This document shows positions 1 through 10,954 of a stretch of 64,000 nt of DNA, in pieces. Made by a program: the position numbers and the translations under genes. Source of the DNA: a virus. Where the stretch lies: positions 224,001-288,000 of the IMG/VR virus record IMGVR_UViG_3300045988_171958. One strand, given 5' to 3'. Below the pieces are notes generated by a model. The model saw only the letters and a list, made by a program, of their open reading frames with translations, was not told the origin of the DNA and searched no databases. Numbering within the stretch: position 1 is the first letter of the stretch; each line of letters starts with the position of its first letter.

Positions 1-3000
1 TGATATATATCAGTTAAAGATTTATCTGGTTCTGATGGGATCAACTTATCTGGTTGAATATTTATATCTTTGAACTTGTTGTAATCTTTTTCATAATTAT
101 CATAGAACTGAGGTATTGTGTTATTAGACAACAATTCTCTTACATTGACATAACGATAAGATAAGCTGTATTCTTGAGGAATAATCACTTCACCATAATA
201 TGAGAACTTGCTTGATTTATCATATCCAGGTTTATCATTAGTAGGACCAGGTAAATCAGTGAGCATTTTCCAACCACTATATGGCTTTCCATCTACACTA
301 TATCTGTTAAGTACTTCCCAGTAGGTGTTTACTTCTTTTACACCAACATTATAGAATTGCTTTGTTCCTTCTCCATCAACATAATTTACCATTATTTCTC
401 TAGATCCAACAGAATATGACATTGAGTATCCTTTAGGTAATTTAGGAGAATTCTCATGTATATATTCTTCTTGTGTAGGACATAATATGTTTCTTCCAAT
501 ATATACATAAGAAGCTAATATATCATCATTATTATCATACTTTACAACATGTTGGTTTTTATTCAACACATATCTTGTACCATCAAGATCTTTACCTATT
601 GTAAGAATACCAAGTAATGTGTTTTCATTTTCTACAGATATTTCAGATACTGGAATAGGTTCATAGGAAGGATAATATGAATAAGTAACATATTTGTAAG
701 AATTACCAGATTCATCTGTATTATATCTTTCTACTCGTCTACGATATACAGTAGTTTTCTTATTCATGTATGATATAGGATCTTCATTGTATGTACAAAT
801 GAAATTACCATAACTCAATAAATAAGATCCCTGTACTTTAGACTTTGTACATGTTTGAATCATATTGCATGAATATTGTGAACACTTTTCACATCCATCA
901 CAAGTCCATATTTCATTATAAGAGTAGTTGGCAAAATCATCCGGTAAGATATATTTACCATTCTCATATTTCAACTTATATCCACCTTTTGGACTTTTAG
1001 TTCCATCAACATAAGCATAAGTATATATTCTCTTTACTGAAGATACATCAAAAGTACCAGTATAAGATCCTGGAACATCCATATATGAAAGAACTACTGG
1101 ATTTCCAACAATAAAATTAACACTCTTATCATTGCCAATAATATTTTCATTATCATTCAAATCAGTACTCAATTCAAGATAGTTTGCTGATTCATATAAT
1201 GGCAATCCTTCTGTAGATACATAAGGTTCATCAGTTATCTTCTTTGACCAACCAGCTTCTGGTATCTTCATCCATTTTTCTTCTATAGGTTCAGTAGAAG
1301 ATGTTCTGTTTTTCTGACAAAGTACATATTCTTCATTTCCAATCAACTTATACTTATTGCCATAAGGATTGATCTTTATATATTCTTTATAATCTGATAA
1401 TAGGTTTTGAAGTTTACCTTCCCAATCTTTTTCACCATTACTATAATTGTCAAGCAACCAGTTGTACCATTCTTCATTTGGATTTCCTGCACCACTTAAT
1501 ATGTTTCCTTTATTCAATATTACTAAATCATATAAAGTACAGAATACTCCATGTGATCCATTTTGTATCTTTATTAGGTCAATTACCTTTTCTATATCAT
1601 CATTTTTCTTATAACGTTTAGACAATCTAGAAGAATCTCCTAAGAATATAGTTCCAAAATCTGTAACAACATGATTTTCTTCTAACAACTTAGTAAGATT
1701 CAAATATGATACAGAATAATTACCATCATAATTGTCATAATATCTAGTATTGTATCTTTTATTCTTTCCATCATTAGTTACAGATAAAGTATGGAATAAG
1801 TAATTTTCTACATCTATCTTTGGATCTGAATAAGACTTGAACAAATTATCTTTTTCAGTAATATCAAAATCAGTCATATCAACTCTACTAGTCTTATGAC
1901 TACCTATAGGTGTTACTATAGTACTATATGCACATAATTGCTTGTTTCCACCATTTATATAATGAGCTTCCCAAGATGCATTATTTGTAAACAAATGACC
2001 TTTGACATTTACATCACCATTAATATTAGTATATGACATGTCAATATCAAATGTATCCATCGGAGTAAGCTTACATTGAGACGGATTATGTACCATTGTT
2101 GTAGTACCTAGGTTTGGATTGACATTACTACTACCTATCTTAAGTCTTGATTTGTCATCAGTATCATGTGCAACACCAAAGTATGCATTCCACAGTATAG
2201 TAGAAATATCTGTTCCATTGAATGATTCTCTACCAATACCCATGATATTGTATCTGTTGAGAGTTGTGAGATTCTTTGCTAATACTTCAGCTAAGTCAAA
2301 TATTGGATATTGATAACTGTCTGTGGATGAAACATCATCATTAGCATTATAAATAGAGTTAGGAACATATTCCTTAGGATACTTTGTATAAGGTATTGAT
2401 TTTGGGATAGTACCATATCTCTTATATACAGTTTCTGAATCAACTTTTACAACTTTGTTACCATTGTTATCTATGGAAATATAAGATATTGGGTTTCTAG
2501 TAACTACAACTTCATCATTTATGTCAAAGTGTCTATTGTCATAAGTATTCTCTGTTCCTTCGATCTTTCCTTGTATGCTATCTGTAAATTCTAGAGAGAA
2601 ATTGAGATTGTTCTTATATTGTTCTACATCTTTCTCTACAGAATTTCCTAAAGATCTAGAATAAGAACCAGTAATAGCAGTAAAGTAGTCAGAATTATGA
2701 TTTCTGATTACAGGATATACTGCATTAGAAGAATCATGACTGTTATTCTTTAAGTCATTGTTTACTTTAGAAAATACTACCCATCTATGTTGATAATTGT
2801 CAGGACTATATTGAGCATTAGCATAATGAGAAATCATGTTCTCTAAACTCATCATATAAGAGAGATCTAAAGCAGCAATACCACCAGGTCTCTTGAGATA
2901 AGTCATTTCATGCTTCTTTACACCATTCTCTTCATATTCATAACAAGTCCAGAAAGAAGTAACAAGAGTATCCTTACCAAGAAGATAAGACAATGAAGTT

Positions 3001-5198
3001 GCTTTCTTATCTATTCGATATATGTAAGAGTTGTTAAGTATATCTTCATTCTTAAAGAATCTATAGTTAGTCCCTTCAAAAGAATAAGTAGTTAAGTAAG
3101 TATTCCAGGTATCGGTGTAAGTATCATATTTGCATATATACTTATTTTCTGTAGAATCCTTCTCCATGGTATCTACATAAGAAGAACATACAAGTAGAGA
3201 ATTGCTTATATATGAATAGTCATCAGTAGTAGCTATAGTATTCAACCACTCATTAGATGGTACCCAAGCATATACAGAAACAACAGAATCTCCTCCAACA
3301 TTAGAATCACTATCCATATAGTTAGCAGCAAATTCTTTCAATTCCCAATTTACCTTATCCCAGTTCTTTACCGTTTCTGGTCCATATATGATAGAAGAAC
3401 TTGGATCAAAATTGTTTGGATCAGTATCTTGCTTTATTATGATTCCACTACCATTTGAACTAATCGCTCTAGCATACTGATCTGTCTTTACACCATTTAT
3501 GATCCAATAACCATCTGTACCGATATAAGGTACTATAAATGACTGGTACCAATCAATAGAAGATATGATATTGTCATTTACATAACTGATTATGAAATCA
3601 TATAATATAGTCTTCTGTTCAGTACCATGGGCTAATATTACTTGTTCATTATCAGCATCTGTATAATTGCAGATTTTCTGTAGATATTTGAATATTCCTT
3701 TACCAGGTTTCTTATCTGTTCCAAGTTGTATGAAATTTACTTGTAAAGAAGAAAGAGAATTATATATAATAGAAGAATCATTAGAGTTGTAAGTAAAGTT
3801 CACTTCAAAATCTAATGGCATGATTATGCTATAAGAATCTTCAACTTCTACAGATTTTGCTCCATATTGTGTACTTGCTTCTTCTTTTGCAGATAGTAAA
3901 AGTTGAGCAATTATTTGTCTCTTTATCTTTATATTAGTTGAATCCCTGTACATGATATCATCATATACAGAAAGTACTATAGGGAAAAGTTGTGAAGTAT
4001 CATTTACAAAATATTCAAGCTTTTCTTCTATCATAGTTTGATCGTCCTGATCATCCATATACCATTCACCAACACCTACTGAATTGCAAATTTCATTATT
4101 GACTATAGGTGCAAAGCTTGCTACTGACCATCCAACATTAGTTTCAGTATTCTCATCTACTTGCAATGTGTACTTCTTTGTAAAGAGAGGAGATCCATCA
4201 TCAGTAAATACATAAGTATTTTCTGTCATTAAGTTGCATAATGAATCAATCAACTCTGATGGAGTTAAGCTACCATCTGCGTCATAAGTATCAGATATCT
4301 TTTTCCATAAGTCATCTTCATAATCATAATTTACGGAGTCTACTCTTGTAAAGTCTCCTAAATCTATCTTAGTAGAATTGCACTTGTATGCTTCTAACAA
4401 CCATTTGTGTTCATTATTTGTGTTAGTAATATAATAGTTTGGATTCTTCTTAAGTCTGATCAATACTAACTTTTCATACTCGTTAGGATTGACTTCTGTT
4501 GAAGCATCATTGGTCAAAGTAGCATCTTCTGGTAACATCAAATTAGATTCATTAGACATGAATACTCTGAAACCATCTACAAATTCACCATCTACTGTTA
4601 TTTCTTCACAAATATATTCGTTATCATAAGGACCATACTTACCAGAATCATGATGCCCTACAACTTTATAGATAAGAACATCTTTACCAATAGTCTTATC
4701 ATGTGTACGTGCAATAATAGCAGAATTTCTATGCCAATATGATGAACCATTTATACCAGTGGAATCATTAAGATAAATCTCAGAACCATACTGATCTTTA
4801 GTAATGTTCTTAAGAATGTTATTTGATGATTCTATAGTAAACTGTGAATTAGCATTACCATTTATGTTTGAATTCACTTCATCATATCCAACTGGAACTC
4901 TAGTTCCTGACTTGTCACTAGTTTCCTCAGCATCTACTTCAACTATCTTACCAACTATGCTGTTTGAAGATTTTGTCCAAGTAAATTCAGCTGCTATATT
5001 TGATTGACTGAAATCACCAAGATAATTTGGAAATAAATCAGAAATGATGAAACTGTCATTCTTTATAGAATCTCCTTTAGTTGAAAGTCTTTGGCCAAGG
5101 TTAGCCAAAGACTGTTTCAAATAAGGATCAGTATAGTTGCTTAAGTAATTAGCATTGCTTACTCGTGACTCAAATGAGTTTATATTGATTATTGACAT
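1..5198 (-). CDS. Giant hypothetical protein, C-terminus cut by window edge (over 1732 aa)
   Basis: ATG at 5198-5196; translation begins MSIININSFESRVSNANYLSNYTDPYLKQSLAN. The ORF track lists no complete minus-strand ORF in 1-5200, as expected if this frame stays open to the window edge. Only short antisense plus-strand ORFs are present. Confidence 0.8.
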   Translation of the reverse strand, partial: MSIININSFESRVSNANYLSNYTDPYLKQSLANLGQRLSTKGDSIKNDSFIISDLFPNYLGDFSQSNIAAEFTWTKSSNSIVGKIVEVDAEETSDKSGTRVPVGYDEVNSNINGNANSQFTIESSNNILKNITKDQYGSEIYLNDSTGINGSSYWHRNSAIIARTHDKTIGKDVLIYKVVGHHDSGKYGPYDNEYICEEITVDGEFVDGFRVFMSNESNLMLPEDATLTNDASTEVNPNEYEKLVLIRLKKNPNYYITNTNNEHKWLLEAYKCNSTKIDLGDFTRVDSVNYDYEDDLWKKISDTYDADGSLTPSELIDSLCNLMTENTYVFTDDGSPLFTKKYTLQVDENTETNVGWSVASFAPIVNNEICNSVGVGEWYMDDQDDQTMIEEKLEYFVNDTSQLFPIVLSVYDDIMYRDSTNIKIKRQIIAQLLLSAKEEASTQYGAKSVEVEDSYSIIMPLDFEVNFTYNSNDSSIIYNSLSSLQVNFIQLGTDKKPGKGIFKYLQKICNYTDADNEQVILAHGTEQKTILYDFIISYVNDNIISSIDWYQSFIVPYIGTDGYWIINGVKTDQYARAISSNGSGIIIKQDTDPNNFDPSSSIIYGPETVKNWDKVNWELKEFAANYMDSDSNVGGDSVVSVYAWVPSNEWLNTIATTDDYSYISNSLLVCSSYVDTMEKDSTENKYICKYDTYTDTWNTYLTTYSFEGTNYRFFKNEDILNNSYIYRIDKKATSLSYLLGKDTLVTSFWTCYEYEENGVKKHEMTYLKRPGGIAALDLSYMMSLENMISHYANAQYSPDNYQHRWVVFSKVNNDLKNNSHDSSNAVYPVIRNHNSDYFTAITGSYSRSLGNSVEKDVEQYKNNLNFSLEFTDSIQGKIEGTENTYDNRHFDINDEVVVTRNPISYISIDNNGNKVVKVDSETVYKRYGTIPKSIPYTKYPKEYVPNSIYNANDDVSSTDSYQYPIFDLAEVLAKNLTTLNRYNIMGIGRESFNGTDISTILWNAYFGVAHDTDDKSRLKIGSSNVNPNLGTTTMVHNPSQCKLTPMDTFDIDMSYTNINGDVNVKGHLFTNNASWEAHYINGGNKQLCAYSTIVTPIGSHKTSRVDMTDFDITEKDNLFKSYSDPKIDVENYLFHTLSVTNDGKNKRYNTRYYDNYDGNYSVSYLNLTKLLEENHVVTDFGTIFLGDSSRLSKRYKKNDDIEKVIDLIKIQNGSHGVFCTLYDLVILNKGNILSGAGNPNEEWYNWLLDNYSNGEKDWEGKLQNLLSDYKEYIKINPYGNKYKLIGNEEYVLCQKNRTSSTEPIEEKWMKIPEAGWSKKITDEPYVSTEGLPLYESANYLELSTDLNDNENIIGNDKSVNFIVGNPVVLSYMDVPGSYTGTFDVSSVKRIYTYAYVDGTKSPKGGYKLKYENGKYILPDDFANYSYNEIWTCDGCEKCSQYSCNMIQTCTKSKVQGSYLLSYGNFICTYNEDPISYMNKKTTVYRRRVERYNTDESGNSYKYVTYSYYPSYEPIPVSEISVENENTLLGILTIGKDLDGTRYVLNKNQHVVKYDNNDDILASYVYIGRNILCPTQEEYIHENSPKLPKGYSMSYSVGSREIMVNYVDGEGTKQFYNVGVKEVNTYWEVLNRYSVDGKPYSGWKMLTDLPGPTNDKPGYDKSSKFSYYGEVIIPQEYSLSYRYVNVRELLSNNTIPQFYDNYEKDYNKFKDINIQPDKLIPSEPDKSLTDIY

Positions 5199-5244
5199 AG
5201 ATATTTGTTTGATATTCTAAACTTTCAATCAGGATTAAGCATTT

Positions 5245-8200
5245 TTATTTCAAAACAAATTTGTAATGAATTTTATATAGCTTGTCAGAATTAAGTGAAT
5301 TCAACTTCATCGGTGTTGACGTCACTTTATAATCATACCTGTTGAATAAAAATAATTTTTGATCTTCATTCATATCATCAATCAACGTACCCCTGTTCAA
5401 CATTAAGAATATTGCATAGGCTTGTTCTTCAGTTGATCTATTGACAACTTCATTATAAGAGTATAGCTTATTAGTAGACCATTCTAATGTATCATCACAA
5501 TATACAATTGCAGAATCATTAAAATGCTTTTGTTCCAACAGCTTTATTCTTATTTCTTGTCCATTCTTATCTTTCTTTCTATTGTTGTAATCTTTTATGA
5601 CATTATTTTTTGATGGTACATATATTGGTGTTGAATTTCTCATATCCAACTGTAACGATGTTTTATATATTACACTATCACCTATAGATGGATATTTTCC
5701 AGTTTCTACAATTCTGTTAGTATTCTCTATTGTATCTTTGAATTTCAACAGCCATTGATCAGATACAGAAGTTACTCTGTTTATTAATGGTACTATGTTC
5801 CCAAAATATCTGTTATATTGCAGATATGTGTTTGACTTAGCTATAGTTACATCAGTTTCTGATACTTCTACATTAGGGTCATCAACAGTACAGTTAGATT
5901 CTTTATATCTCATTATAAATCTAAAGTTTGATGGCTTAGTTATCGTAATCAATCTGTCAAATATTACAGATGGTTGCACTTTAAAGAATGGAAGCATTTG
6001 TTTGAACACTTTGAATATGTAATCCTTTCTCACATTTATATCAACTCCATTAACATATTTTATAAGTTTTATCTTATTGTCATAAGTATATGTAGGAATA
6101 TCCGGAACATTTGATATATTATATTGAGCTATCACATTGAATGTACTTGTTGTATTGTCAGCATCTATATTTATTATCCAAAAACCATAGTTTGTTCCAT
6201 CTTTCTTTATTGTACCGAAATTTTCAATTCCATATCCTAAATCATCATACCTAAAGTTATCTAACTGAACATTCACACTATCATAATTTGAATATATTAT
6301 TGGGTCTCCATAAAGTTTTTTCAAATTATTTACAGTTTGCTCATTTATCTCTATCATCCAATTTACATTGTTTGTATTGTATCTGTATAGGTACCAAGTA
6401 TCACCCTTTTTATTTACTTTAGTCTTCATTAAGTCATTAAGCAAATAATGAGCATATATTATTGTATCTTCTTTTTCTTGAGCATATATGTCGTTGAATA
6501 ATGGGATAAGTACATGACCAACTGGATCACATTCTTCTACTTTGGTCTGAACATTATAGGATATCTTATATTCAGAAGACAACATATTTCTTTCCCACTC
6601 ATCCGTCTTCTCTAATCTATATAGATAGATATCTCTGTATTCAGAACTGTCATCCTTTTCTATTTTCATTACTTTATCATAGATGGTATCATCAAGTCTA
6701 GTAACATTTATGCTAAATACTATTTCATAAGAATTCACATCAAAGTCATCTTCATCACTATGGCGGAACTTCCATATTCCATTTCCTTTATATTCTATTC
6801 TGTCATAGAAATAGTTGAATATTCTATAAGGGTTGTCAACTTTTTTACCTGAAATAGTTATCTGCTCTTCCATTCCATGAATGTTCTTCAACTTGGTATA
6901 TGCATCTACTATCTGTATCTTATCATCAGAATCATTGGCCATAATTCTTTGCTTTACATACAAATAATCATACCAATTTTCTATTATATCAACCGGATAG
7001 TCATAATTATAGTCTTTACACAATTCATTATACCACCAATAAAGATGTTCTTTATTCAAGAACTTAGCCTTCATTCTTTTTATATAAGACAATCTTTCTT
7101 GAACCTTATCTTCTGATATGCCACTTTTTAACAATACTCTTCTGAAATTGTATACATCACACCATATTACATCAATATCCTTATCCTTATCTTCATCATT
7201 CATTGTATCTCCATAAAAGTTCAATTCTGGATCTTTCTTTATGAATATGTTTGTTGCACATACTTCATTATCACCATATACTACTGGCATGAATGTATAT
7301 TTTGACTTAGAAGAGAGATGTTTTGTAAGATAATAACTAGTGTCTTTATATATGTTTTTCAATGCCATTCTGAAATTGTAAGCAGGTTTTCCTACAACAT
7401 TGAAATATGTTAAATCATAATTGTCTGCTTTTGAATTGCTTTTCAATCCAGTAAGATAGTAATAAGCTATCTGGTCGGTATCAGTAGCATCCAGCATCTT
7501 AATCCATTTTTCATTGAAGAATTCACCTTCTCTATATAAGTTGAATCCATATTGTGTATTTATTAGGGATGATGGTTGCAACAATATGTATGAGTAACTG
7601 AAACCTTCTCTTCTATGAGATTCTATGTTTTCTTCAGGAATATAATAAGTGAACCCTACTTGATTTCTTATTTTCTTATCATTCTTAGAGGATATGCAAA
7701 TCTGCTTTACCATTGGATCTTGCCATATATCAAAATCAGTATACTGATACCAGTAGTAACTGTAAGGATTTTCCTTTTCTATAGAATATGTAGAAGTACT
7801 TCCAGTAATGTAATTCTCTAATGTATATGATAAGAATTTCTTGTTTGGATCAGTTATCAGATCATAAGTTGATATATCATATCCAGGAGCAAAAACATAA
7901 GATTGGTAATTCTTTCCATTTACAAAATCATCATTGTATGGATCTATAGGTGAACTTCCATTATGAACTTTGATACCATATTTGTAAGAAACATAGCTAA
8001 GTGGACCACCAATCTTAATGTATGACAAATAAGATGAAGTGTCATCCACCATCATCTTCAATATGTGGATTGGGAGCATTTCATAGGAACTTGCTTTATA
8101 AGTGTTGATAATATCATCTATAGAATCAGAAGTAGTCAACTTATATATATTTTCACTTTTAAATAAATTGAATGCATCATTGAAAGTAGTATTTGCAATT

Positions 8201-10167
8201 TCATGATTATATGAGAAATGAGCATAAGACAATTCATAAGATAATACATTTTCTAATTCTCTTATTGTATCATCATAATTATACCAGCTATTTATGTCAT
8301 CCATTGTAAACCCATAATCATTAATGTTCACATACCATTTTGAATATGAATATGAATTGTTAGGATCTATCTTTATGAATGTATCATTTAACGACATTAC
8401 TGCATTCTTTTCACTATCTGATGGATTTGTTGAAGTAAATGCTTCACAAGAAGCTTTAGCAATAGCATCACTATATAGCATTGAAGGCATGATTACAGTA
8501 TTGAACTTACAATTAGTTTCAAACTGGCTAGCCATGCTTGTAGATACAGTATAGTTAGCATGCTTCATGACATCATTAGCTACTGAAGTCTTTACAGAGA
8601 ATCTTGGATTTACAAATACCCCAAACTTATCTATTTTTTCATTATCTTTAGTAAGTGCTTTATATATATGAGCAAGATTATGTAGAATGCCATTATAATA
8701 GCATTCATCATTCATTACATTTTCCCAATGAGCACTATCTATCCAAGAACTATCATTTTCTGATATCTTACATAAGCTAAACCAATTATAACCATACTTA
8801 TTCATTATGTTTTCATAATTAGTTGTTATGTTTGAATATCTGTCATTATATTTGTCAATATCTTTTCCTAAAGGAAATATGAGTGAATAATCTTCTGCTA
8901 CAGATGATTTGCCAGATGATACTGTTTCACATATTCCTGAAACAGTATATGATGGTGTAGGAAATTCTCTATATAAGAGATTAGAATACTGGTTGTCGGA
9001 AAATGCAAAAGCAAGATTTATGATGTATGGATTTTCATCTGATGATGCTTGTAACTTCCATCTAGAATACATTTTGCTTATCTTATTAGACAAAGAATAT
9101 TTTTGCATTCTTGCTTCATGTAAGCTAGGATATTTGCTGTCCATTATATTTGGAACATTTCCAGGTATGTAGTTCATCAATCCGGTATTCTTATCCATTC
9201 TAAGGATACTCTGATTTAGTGTATCATAGTCACAACTCCAATCATACCAAGATATTCTGTTTCCATTTGATATGTAATATCCAGATACTTCAACTTGTGC
9301 ACCTTTATATAATGTTTTCTCTGATTGGTCAAGTACTTTATCTAAATCAATACTGAAACACAATGGCAATACTTGTTTCATTGCAATATTCTTTCTTTTG
9401 AATTGTAATCCTAAAGAAAGATCAAAAAGATTTATAGTTGACATAGAGGATAGCATGTTACCTATTTCATTAGATATCGCGGTAGCTATGCCACCATGGT
9501 TCAAATCAATTCCATTGTATGTTGCATTTTTATTGTCAGCTGAAATATTTGCTACTTTAGAATCAATACAAGATTTATAAGAATCAAGATAATGGAATAG
9601 ATAGTTTCTCTTATCTTTTGAGTGATCCATTATATTGACTTTCATTCTCTTATACAGTTTTTTGTCTTTGTTGATGAATATCATATCTATAATGAATGCA
9701 TCAGGTAAGTCATTTGGATCATCTACATATATAGGTGCAAAAAATTCAAATTTATGGTTATTCTTCACATTCAATACTCTACTGCAACCCATTTCCAAAT
9801 CTATGTTTCTATCATAAATTGGATTTAACTTATCAAAATTCTGAACATTGGTTTCATCAAAAGACATTCCATTACTGAAGAAAACATTATTGTAATATTT
9901 ATAGTATTCTTTCAGGTCATAAGAGTAGTTTGAAGATAGAAGATTAGCTTCTATTTTCTTATCATATATTGTATGAGACAATGGAGACAGCACAGCACCT
10001 CTTACAAAGCAATCATATACATCATATTCTTTATCTGTTGATTTGATATAATCTGATGTTGTGCAAACTATTTTGACATTTCCACTATATGTAGGAATGA
10101 CTCTTATTAATGGCTTTATCATTAAAGTAGGACAATATTTGTTTTTCTGATATTTAAAAATTGACAA
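5245..10167 (-). CDS. Giant hypothetical protein (1640 aa), probably virion-associated
   Basis: Uninterrupted 4.9-kb ORF in tandem with the preceding giant ORF. The first codon in the track is TTG at 10167; the first ATG is at 10122. N/Y/D/K/I-rich, with no motif I can assign. Confidence 0.85.
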   Translation of the reverse strand: MSIFKYQKNKYCPTLMIKPLIRVIPTYSGNVKIVCTTSDYIKSTDKEYDVYDCFVRGAVLSPLSHTIYDKKIEANLLSSNYSYDLKEYYKYYNNVFFSNGMSFDETNVQNFDKLNPIYDRNIDLEMGCSRVLNVKNNHKFEFFAPIYVDDPNDLPDAFIIDMIFINKDKKLYKRMKVNIMDHSKDKRNYLFHYLDSYKSCIDSKVANISADNKNATYNGIDLNHGGIATAISNEIGNMLSSMSTINLFDLSLGLQFKRKNIAMKQVLPLCFSIDLDKVLDQSEKTLYKGAQVEVSGYYISNGNRISWYDWSCDYDTLNQSILRMDKNTGLMNYIPGNVPNIMDSKYPSLHEARMQKYSLSNKISKMYSRWKLQASSDENPYIINLAFAFSDNQYSNLLYREFPTPSYTVSGICETVSSGKSSVAEDYSLIFPLGKDIDKYNDRYSNITTNYENIMNKYGYNWFSLCKISENDSSWIDSAHWENVMNDECYYNGILHNLAHIYKALTKDNEKIDKFGVFVNPRFSVKTSVANDVMKHANYTVSTSMASQFETNCKFNTVIMPSMLYSDAIAKASCEAFTSTNPSDSEKNAVMSLNDTFIKIDPNNSYSYSKWYVNINDYGFTMDDINSWYNYDDTIRELENVLSYELSYAHFSYNHEIANTTFNDAFNLFKSENIYKLTTSDSIDDIINTYKASSYEMLPIHILKMMVDDTSSYLSYIKIGGPLSYVSYKYGIKVHNGSSPIDPYNDDFVNGKNYQSYVFAPGYDISTYDLITDPNKKFLSYTLENYITGSTSTYSIEKENPYSYYWYQYTDFDIWQDPMVKQICISSKNDKKIRNQVGFTYYIPEENIESHRREGFSYSYILLQPSSLINTQYGFNLYREGEFFNEKWIKMLDATDTDQIAYYYLTGLKSNSKADNYDLTYFNVVGKPAYNFRMALKNIYKDTSYYLTKHLSSKSKYTFMPVVYGDNEVCATNIFIKKDPELNFYGDTMNDEDKDKDIDVIWCDVYNFRRVLLKSGISEDKVQERLSYIKRMKAKFLNKEHLYWWYNELCKDYNYDYPVDIIENWYDYLYVKQRIMANDSDDKIQIVDAYTKLKNIHGMEEQITISGKKVDNPYRIFNYFYDRIEYKGNGIWKFRHSDEDDFDVNSYEIVFSINVTRLDDTIYDKVMKIEKDDSSEYRDIYLYRLEKTDEWERNMLSSEYKISYNVQTKVEECDPVGHVLIPLFNDIYAQEKEDTIIYAHYLLNDLMKTKVNKKGDTWYLYRYNTNNVNWMIEINEQTVNNLKKLYGDPIIYSNYDSVNVQLDNFRYDDLGYGIENFGTIKKDGTNYGFWIINIDADNTTSTFNVIAQYNISNVPDIPTYTYDNKIKLIKYVNGVDINVRKDYIFKVFKQMLPFFKVQPSVIFDRLITITKPSNFRFIMRYKESNCTVDDPNVEVSETDVTIAKSNTYLQYNRYFGNIVPLINRVTSVSDQWLLKFKDTIENTNRIVETGKYPSIGDSVIYKTSLQLDMRNSTPIYVPSKNNVIKDYNNRKKDKNGQEIRIKLLEQKHFNDSAIVYCDDTLEWSTNKLYSYNEVVNRSTEEQAYAIFLMLNRGTLIDDMNEDQKLFLFNRYDYKVTSTPMKLNSLNSDKLYKIHYKFVLK

Positions 10168-10517
10168 TACTGTTTATTAATATTATTTAACATTTAAAAT
10201 ATGTCTGGTATCTATTTTTGTCTTTATTTTAATATAAGAAAATTAAAATTGAACTTTAAATGAAGTCACTCAAACTACATAGCGTCTCATCAGTGAAACA
10301 ATCTTTTGGTTGCTTCTTATCTTGGTGCGGCAGTATGCCTTGTGGGTTTAGACATTCATAGTAAAGTTCGTGATAGAGGAATTGTATCTGATCACGAATT
10401 AGTGAACGGAACAATTCTTATTTTATTAGATGAATATTGATTGAGAAGAAGTTCCGTATACAATTAGGAATTTTTTCTCATTTTTTGTATATAAAAGTTT
10501 GAAATATTCCTTATAGA

Positions 10518-10535
10518 TTCTATATTATATATGTA
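10518..10535 (+). promoter_or_regulatory. Phage promoter-like motif TTCTATATTATATATGTA upstream of the tRNA array
   Basis: Same core (TTCTATATT) recurs upstream of at least 9 other plus-strand units in this window. It lies about 140 nt before the first tRNA. Confidence 0.5.
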
Positions 10536-10676
10536 ATTACTTAATAAACAATTACAATACATGAAATAAGATCCAGAACTTAATACTTCTGAGTTGGTAG
10601 GTGACCAATAGCTTAAGGATATAAAGCAATTCATGCTAACAGGATTTTCTAGAGATCCGTAATTTGTTTATTAATT

Positions 10677-10749
10677 GGGTAAATAGCTCCAATGGTAGAG
10701 CACTAGATTGAAGATCTAGGTGTTGTTGGTTCGAATCCATCTTTACCCA
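10677..10749 (+). tRNA. trnF: tRNA-Phe (GAA)
   Basis: Acceptor GGGTAAA/TTTACCC; anticodon arm CTAGA-TTGAAGA-TCTAG; T loop TTCGAAT. Confidence 0.9.
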
Positions 10750-10761
10750 CAAAAATTATTT

Positions 10762-10835
10762 GGTTCTATAGCTCAGATGAATAGAGCAGGATTCTTCTAA
10801 AATCCGGGTCATGGGTTTGAATCCCATTGGAACCA
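10762..10835 (+). tRNA. trnR: tRNA-Arg (UCU)
   Basis: Acceptor GGTTCTA/TGGAACC; anticodon arm GGATT-CTTCTAA-AATCC; T arm ATGGG-TTTGAAT-CCCAT. Confidence 0.9.
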
Positions 10836-10865
10836 CTAATTAAGTTCTTTGAAATATTTATTTAA

Positions 10866-10954
10866 GTTCCATTAGCTCAGTTGGTTCCGTAAGGCTAGAG
10901 AGCATCCGACTTTTAATCGGAGGGTCACGGGTTCGAGCCCCGTATGGAACACCA
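10866..10954 (+). tRNA. trnK: tRNA-Lys (UUU) with enlarged 21-nt D-loop; CCA encoded
   Basis: Acceptor GTTCCAT/ATGGAAC; anticodon arm TCCGA-CTTTTAA-TCGGA; T arm ACGGG-TTCGAGC-CCCGT; 3' ACCA. D stem is GCTC/GAGC, but the D-loop AGTTGGTTCCGTAAGGCTAGA contains an extra CC-GTAA-GG mini-hairpin (10887-10894). Confidence 0.75.

Noticed and set aside
1-10167. Assigning the giant ORFs as crAss-like virion RNA polymerase subunits
   Set aside because: Giant size and AT-richness are reminiscent, but I could not identify the double-psi beta-barrel or a convincing DxDxD context by eye; only an isolated DKDID string occurs. The head genes look T4-like rather than crAss-like. Left as unassigned.
10260-10361. 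33-aa ORF MKSLKLHSVSSVKQSFGCFLSWCGSMPCGFRHS, starting with the MKSL of the leader family
   Set aside because: It shares only four residues, lacks the (L/I)-x-E site, and has no promoter motif nearby. It sits in a GC-richer non-coding stretch and could be a remnant, but that cannot be supported.
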